A stretch of DNA of 64,000 nt from Chrysomallon squamiferum (Eukaryota; Animalia; Mollusca), in contig CM022665.1 of NCBI GenBank assembly GCA_012295275.1, positions 24,242,001 through 24,306,000 on the forward strand, read 5' to 3'. Each line of letters opens with the position of its first letter. Within the stretch, counting starts at the first letter, position 1. Below are positions 57,749 through 64,000 of this stretch, piece by piece. The position numbers were made by a program, and so were the translations under genes. The notes beneath the pieces are model-generated. The model was not told the origin of the DNA. It did not search any database and saw only the letters and a program-made list of their open reading frames with translations.

Positions 57749-57944
57749 TATAAAATACCTCTGCTGCAAGTTCCATGACATTTGATTCATTGTTATCTAT
57801 GGCCCTTGAGACAGTTGGAGTGTGCAAGAAAAACAAGAAGTACATATCTTATGCTGTTCTGTCCACATATCTTGCAGAGCATTTCTTTGCCTGCCTTCAT
57901 TTTTACCCACATTCTGGTTCAGCACAACTTCTGGCATCCATGAG
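57749..57944 (+). promoter_or_regulatory. Candidate TATA promoter and alternative first coding exon in phase with exon 60577
   Basis: TATAAAA at 57749. Open frame from ATG 57775 or 57799 to GAG|GTAATC, phase 2, with a stop immediately after if unspliced. Confidence 0.35.
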
Positions 57945-59937
57945 GTAATCTAGTGCAAAGTTTACCTAGGTGGTCAGATGTCTTCGTGGGGAATGATTGA
58001 TAGTGAGATCAAATCCCTGCTGTGAACACAAATAGACTGTTTTCTCTGCAATTCCTATGAATTGTGTTAGTAGATAACTGATAATCAGATCCATCACTGT
58101 GGAAAGTTCTATTGTTTCTTATAGGAACTGGAGGTAAAAAAAAACAAATTAAAAAAAAATTAAAATTAAAAGACAAAGAAAAGATGAACAAAAATCAAGG
58201 CAGAGAGAAGATGATTTTGTGATTTTTTATTTGTATTTCCCACCATCTTTTTCTTTCTCCAGCTTTCAAATGCTATGGCAGATAATTTTTCTTGGCACCT
58301 GTGATACATCATACACATTAATCTTAAGGGATATTTATTTTCTTTTACACAGTAGACCAATTATAAAATAATTACCCTGTGTTTGACATCCTACAGTCTC
58401 TGACTGAACAACAAGATGGAGTTGACATTGTTATGTACATAACGGTGTTTCCTTTTCTCTTAGTTAACTTGGTGCTATCCAGTACACTCTGTGACTGGCC
58501 ACATGGTTCATTGATAATCCAGCTTAACACAGTTTAATTTTCAGTCTCTCTTCTATGACCTGCCATGTTCTTGTTTCCTATAGCAACAGTGTGTTCATGC
58601 TCTTAATGTACTTGATAACTGTTAAAAAGCAGGTGATATTTATCTTTCCAAAACAGGGCAGATCACCAGATCCAAAAATAATATGTTAATTTTTTTTTCA
58701 AATTTTGACCTAGATTTTGTTTTTCTTTTTATGAGGAATAATTAATATATGTATGTTTAAAGACACCTAACATATTTTATTATTACTGGTGTCAAGCATA
58801 TGATATGTATACTATGATGATATCAAAGATAAACAAATAATTATGTGGAAATGCCAAGAGGTTATGTTTATCAGTTAAAAAAAGAATTCAAATAGGGAAC
58901 AAATTAAACAATGTCAGTCCACCTCATTTTATTCTGAGTTTCTGCATAATAAAAAATATGATTATCAAGTAATTTAAAATAAAAAAATTTCTCTTTACAT
59001 TAAAATTCTAAGAACTAATTTTATAAAGAACTTTTATCCCACAGTTGTTAAATAAATATTACAATAATAAATAACTAGTGTAAATAATCCCATTTGTTTT
59101 AATTTGATACATAAATAAGTTACAGTTACATAATTTGTTCCTAAACATAATTCTATTGATTAATATTCATTCTCCCATTTCAATCAATAGAGATTTAAAA
59201 TGGAGAAAAACATACCTGTTTTTTTGGTAAATATTACCTTACATATTTATATCTTAAAATTTTAAAGACATTTCTTGATGATTCTGATAATTAACATTCT
59301 CAGGCCTGAAGTCTTAGGTATTTATCAGCAAACAATTTATATTTCAAGAAAAAATGTTGTTCTAAGCTCATTTTCTAGGCTATTTACTAAACAACAAGCT
59401 CTATTTGCTATTTCTGACTTGCATTGTGCTTCCTAAAACACAGCAGTTACTTAATCATTGGGGATTCTTTTGCTAACCTGAGAATTATCCCCATATTACA
59501 GTCTTATTCTGATATTATTGTATTATTCATTTTGTGTTAACAGTGTCTTTATTAACTGAGCTTCAACAGTATCAAGTGAAGTATTGTATCCATGTTCTGT
59601 AGGAAATATTTATTAACAAAGCATTCAGTTTGTTGCCTAGCTCATGTGTTCATCTAAACATTTGTTTTCTCTGTAATGGTAATATTTACAAAAGAGTTTT
59701 CTAACATTCAGAATAGTAAGTGTAACAGGGTAGCATATTTCTGCTGTTTTAGCAATGGCATCATTTTAGAATGTGTTTTGAATGGAGATAAGTTTAAAGG
59801 AATTAAAAGCTACATGTTGAGAAAAGCCATCCTGTTGTTAAAAAGTAACTAAAGCTGATGAAAACTAACAAAAAGAAGAAAGCTAAATATTTATCTCCTG
59901 CACCTCTTAATTTTTTTTTTTTTTTTTTTTTTTTTAA

Positions 59938-60535
59938 GATGAAAGAAAAGATATTTAAAACCTGCACAAGAGTTTAAAACCAAAAAAAACAAAGAATCTG
60001 TCTCAGAAATTCACAATAACAAAATTTTATGTTTCACACAGACCGTTCTGTTTTCACTCAGTTTTATACATGACATTCATAGTTTGGATAAAAAATTCTT
60101 GCCTTCTAAGTAAGGTTGTATTTAGCAAAGAAATAATAAATGTTTAGCTAATTTTTATGTTTGACAGACACAAATATTGTTTCAAAAAGGCATTTTGTAA
60201 ATTGTTTGTATTTTTTTTAAAAAGTGTTTTTCCTCCTACACAATCCCCTCCAATTTTATTTATTTAAATGAAAGAGAAGATATTTAAAACCTCAAAGTTT
60301 TAAATCAAAAGAAGAAAGAAAATGTCAAAATAAATCTACATTTGACACATACCATTCTGTAATATTCTTTTTCTCATTGGTTTTATATTTGACAGCTTCA
60401 GTTTGAAGAAAACAAATATGTTTTACTTTTAAGAAATGTTGTAGCTATCAAAGAAATAACCTAATAAATTCTGTAGCTAACTTTTATGTTTGACATCAAT
60501 AAATAATCTTTCTTCATGCATTTTGTAAATACTTT
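59938..60535. repeat. Diverged tandem duplication (period about 330 bp) directly upstream of the exon 60577 acceptor
   Basis: atgaaaga.aagatatttaaaacct ... gttttata..tgaca ... caaagaaataa ... tagctaa.ttttatgtttgaca ... gcattttgtaaat occurs twice. Confidence 0.8.
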
Positions 60536-60576
60536 TTATAAAAAAAATAAAAAATAAATTTTTTTTTCTTTTCCAG

Positions 60577-60742
60577 AGCTGCTCAAAAACTAAGTAGAAA
60601 GAAGAAACGACACCAGCCACCAGACCCTGAACCTCCACCATTTCCCACCAGTTTCTGCGAAGTGATACGCCTCAACCCACCCCCTGCACCACCATGCTTG
60701 TTCCGAGTCAATGGCCGCCTTACAAATCCTGGATTGGGCAAG
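60577..60742 (+). CDS. KIF26: KIF26 exon immediately before the motor domain: (R)[55 protein letters not shown]
   Basis: Acceptor tttttcttttccag|, donor AAG|GTAAGC, 166 bp, phase 2 to 0. It matches the recalled KIF26 AAQKL...KKK...TSF...PPPAPPCL.R...PGLGK segment that precedes the kinesin motor. The true frame is not in the ORF track. Confidence 0.95.
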
Positions 60743-62572
60743 GTAAGCCAATAACATTTTTTAAACATATATGTATATTTGTTTTTTTTGTTTTTTTTAC
60801 ATTCTCAAAAACAGTTGTTATTTTTATTTATTTACTTTTATTTTTTTTTATTTTTTTTAAATTTGATATAAATTATTTCAAAAATGTACATTTCAGTTTA
60901 ATAAGAAGTAAATATTAAAAAGACATTTGGATTTAAGACCTTTTAACAGTTCCAAAACACTTCTTAACCTGTTTGCTACTGAGTGGGTATTGTATTCTAA
61001 CAGCAAAAATTAGAACTGTGTTAAAAGTAGACAACACTCCAGTGTCAAACTGGACTGTTGAATACCTGATGTGATATAAACCAAAGATTCTGTTGCACCT
61101 CTGTGTATTATGGCCGCCAAAAAAAGGAGAACTCAGCATTATGACCATAGTAGTGGTCACTAAAGATACTCAAGAGGTTAATTAAAAGACACGCATTTTA
61201 TGACTTAACATAGAATCCAAAAGCCCAGTGCTTGGTTAATAACTTACAGAACTGTCAGTTCAGATTGACTTAAATCACACACAGGCCTGGGCAGTGCTAA
61301 TTTAAAATAGGTTGTGATAAAGTGGCCATCATTTGGGGCTATCAAAATGAAATAAGGCAGTGTTATCTACAGTTGTGTGCTATCTGGTTATTCTAATTGG
61401 CACACATTATGAAAATTACAGGCTGTTTGACCATATCCTTGCTACCTAATGATTCTAAATTACAGACACAACAAGGGTGCTGTTGTCCCCTCCAGAGTGG
61501 GGCCCACTGTTAGTTATTCAATATTATGTGTATGAAGGTGGGCTGCACTGTAAGTCTCCCTTTGAAGAAGTTTATTACCCACTTGAACCAAACTTCCCAT
61601 AAAGTCTGGATCATTATGTAACATGCTGGGGTCATTCTAATTACGTTTCATCTTTCAAGTGTTGCCCTAAAGTGCAGGAACATTCAACCAAATTTATTGC
61701 CTTTAATTTTTTTAATTTTTTTTTCTTCCCACATTCCATATTTTTATTTATTTTTAATTTTTTTTTTTTTTTTAAATAATGTTTAGATTTTTCTTATTAT
61801 TTTTCTTACTGCTGTAATGTTTAAATTAATTTGTAAATTTTTTTTTCAGTATATCAGGATTCATTGTTCCCTTTTTTCCTCAGATTTATGTTTTACACCC
61901 TCTTTTATATTTTTAAACCTTTTTTTAGAGGCTAAGGGGTGCATTTTCAGACAGATTTATATTTCTGTTTTTCAACACTTGCAAATATGGTTAATAATTT
62001 TTAATGGCAAGTGTTAAAAAAAAACAAAAAAACCCACATTTATTAAGAATTTTTATTTGTTCTTTCTTGAAAAACAATTTGAGCTAATTTTTACTTTATT
62101 TCATTGTTTATATTTTGTATTTTTCACTTTTGTTTTGGAAATACCAGACAGAATTTTATTGTTTCATACCTTTTGAGAGACATTTTTACAAAATTTTCAA
62201 TTATTTCTGCTAACATAAAGTATTCATTGTTCTTTTAAGTTTTGTGTAAAGTTTATTTCAAGATGGCTGCTAAAAACGGTAACACTGACTTGAGTGTAAT
62301 GGAGCATAGGATCTGTTTAGGATTTTTATTGGCAAGGGTGGATTTTTTTCGTCACACATAATATGGAGGTTTCTGCATGAGTTCCTTCTGATGATGGCTG
62401 ATCTATAGGTTTTTTTTTCTTATAGCTTATTGGCTAGGAAATGCCAAGTGCCACTATAGGTCATTACATCCAAGCCATCAATTATCTTTTCTTGCCTCGT
62501 CAGTGGTTTTAATACTTTTTTATAGTCTTATTTTGGCTGCTGTATGAGAACTGTTGCATGCTCAGATGGGAT

Positions 62573-62610
<38 letters not shown>

Positions 62611-63402
62611 TCTCTCTAAAAAATGTGTACTTTAAAGAAATATAATAATCCATAACATGTCTTCTTTTATTTGTTGTCTTTTTTTTTTTTTTTTTTTTTT
62701 CGGAATTATTAATAAATTACATTTTCATTCATAGGAGTTATTAATTTTCATATTCAGCTAATAATTCCTCACAACTAACAAGCATGTTAAAAATAAATTA
62801 CATATTTGATTAAAAATGAAATTAAGCATTCTATAATATTAAACACTTTTTTTTTCCTTTTTTTTATTTTATTTTTTTTATTTTTTCTTTCTTTTGGATG
62901 GGTCATCAATAATGTGTGAGTATTATGACAGTTACCAAGGCTATGCTAACCAAACATTTAACATTTCCGCACAAAACGAACACCACTGCATTCTGCATTT
63001 TCTTGCGATTTGTATGAGCCTGCGTATGATTACTTGTGCTCTTCTCAATGGCTTTAGAACCTTCCTTGCCCATCCGTCATGCTCCACCATGTCATCATAT
63101 TGCTATGTTGGTCTGGACAGTTTTCCAGCATTGAGCAAGTTTACTTGCTTCTAATTTATGTTCCCATTTCAAGATTCTGACTTTACACTTGAGGAGTTTT
63201 CAGTCGTTAATTCCGACTTGATTCGTAAAACTGCTCTTAACTTGCAGCTCGGATAACCCAGGATAATCTTCCAATCAGCATTTCCTGCTGCCCGGTAATT
63301 ACCAGTTTCTTTTATAGTTGTCCACAGTCAACTGTGGAGGTTGTTAAACACTGAGTGGAGATAAATTAATGCAGCAACTATTGAGCATCAGATCAATTTG
63401 AT

Positions 63403-63995
63403 CACAACATTTTATATTCCTTGATGTTTTTCTTCTTCTTTCCATCTTTCATTCCTTCAATTTGATTATGTTTATATCATAATGATTTTCTTTTTTTTTC
63501 TTTCTTTCCTTCGTACTGTCAGTTTGTTCACAAGATTTATGTCCCTTGATGATTTCTTTCTTTCTTCCTTTCTTTCATTCCTTCAGTTTAATTATGTTTA
63601 TATCATAATGATTTTCGTTTTTCTTTCTTTCATTTGTACTATCAGTTTGTTCACAAGATTTATATCCCTTGATGTTTTCTTCTTTCATTCCTTCAGTTTA
63701 ATTACATTTTTATAATCAATTCTTTCTTTCATTCATTTTTTCAGTTTGTTCATAATAATTGCATCACTGTTTTTCTTTTCTTTTATTCTTTCTTTATTTC
63801 ATTCCTTCCTCAGATCAGTTTGATACAAATGTCTACAGCTTTGATGTCTTTCTTTTTTCTTTCATTCATAAACAGCAGTTTGCTGCTAACACTTCCTTCG
63901 ATGTTTTTTGTTCCTTTTTTTCTTTTATTCTTTCATTCCTTCTTCTCACTGCAGATAACAACATTTATATCATGATGTTTTGTTTTTTTATTCTT
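63403..63995. repeat. Pyrimidine-rich tandem repeat of about 123 bp, decaying to the right
   Basis: ccttgatg...tttcattccttca.ttt.attatgtttatatcataatgattttc...cagtttgttcacaagatttat is repeated. Confidence 0.8.
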
Positions 63996-64000
63996 TTTCT

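Noticed and set aside
60583-60918. ORF-track entries overlapping the last exon (minus-strand Gly-rich ORF and + strand 60694)
   Set aside because: They are antisense and off-frame shadows of the real KIF26 exon 60577-60742.

Overview
Eukaryotic, very AT-rich and visibly CpG-poor genomic DNA, probably from a mollusc. That guess rests on decayed tRNA-derived SINE-like fragments resembling a gastropod repeat I recall, and is unverified. The window lies inside one + strand, large-intron gene encoding the N-terminal, pre-motor part of a KIF26 (kinesin-11) orthologue. Four exons are well supported by GT/AG sites, matching phases and KIF26 motifs: 2460-2698, 7755-7884, 23150-23493 and 60577-60742. 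A fifth small exon is possible at 462-512, and the motor domain lies beyond the window. The introns between the four exons (about 5, 15 and 37 kb) are not uniform. Every 1-2 kb there is a 300-600 bp island of complex, GC-richer, motif-dense sequence, typically with C-rich simple repeats on its left and G-rich ones on its right. Several islands contain an ATG-started ORF ending at a splice donor in the phase needed by the next KIF26 exon, which suggests nested alternative promoters and first exons. Most ORFs in the supplied track are artefacts of microsatellites or low-complexity DNA. No prokaryote-type features, CRISPR arrays or intact transposon ORFs were seen.
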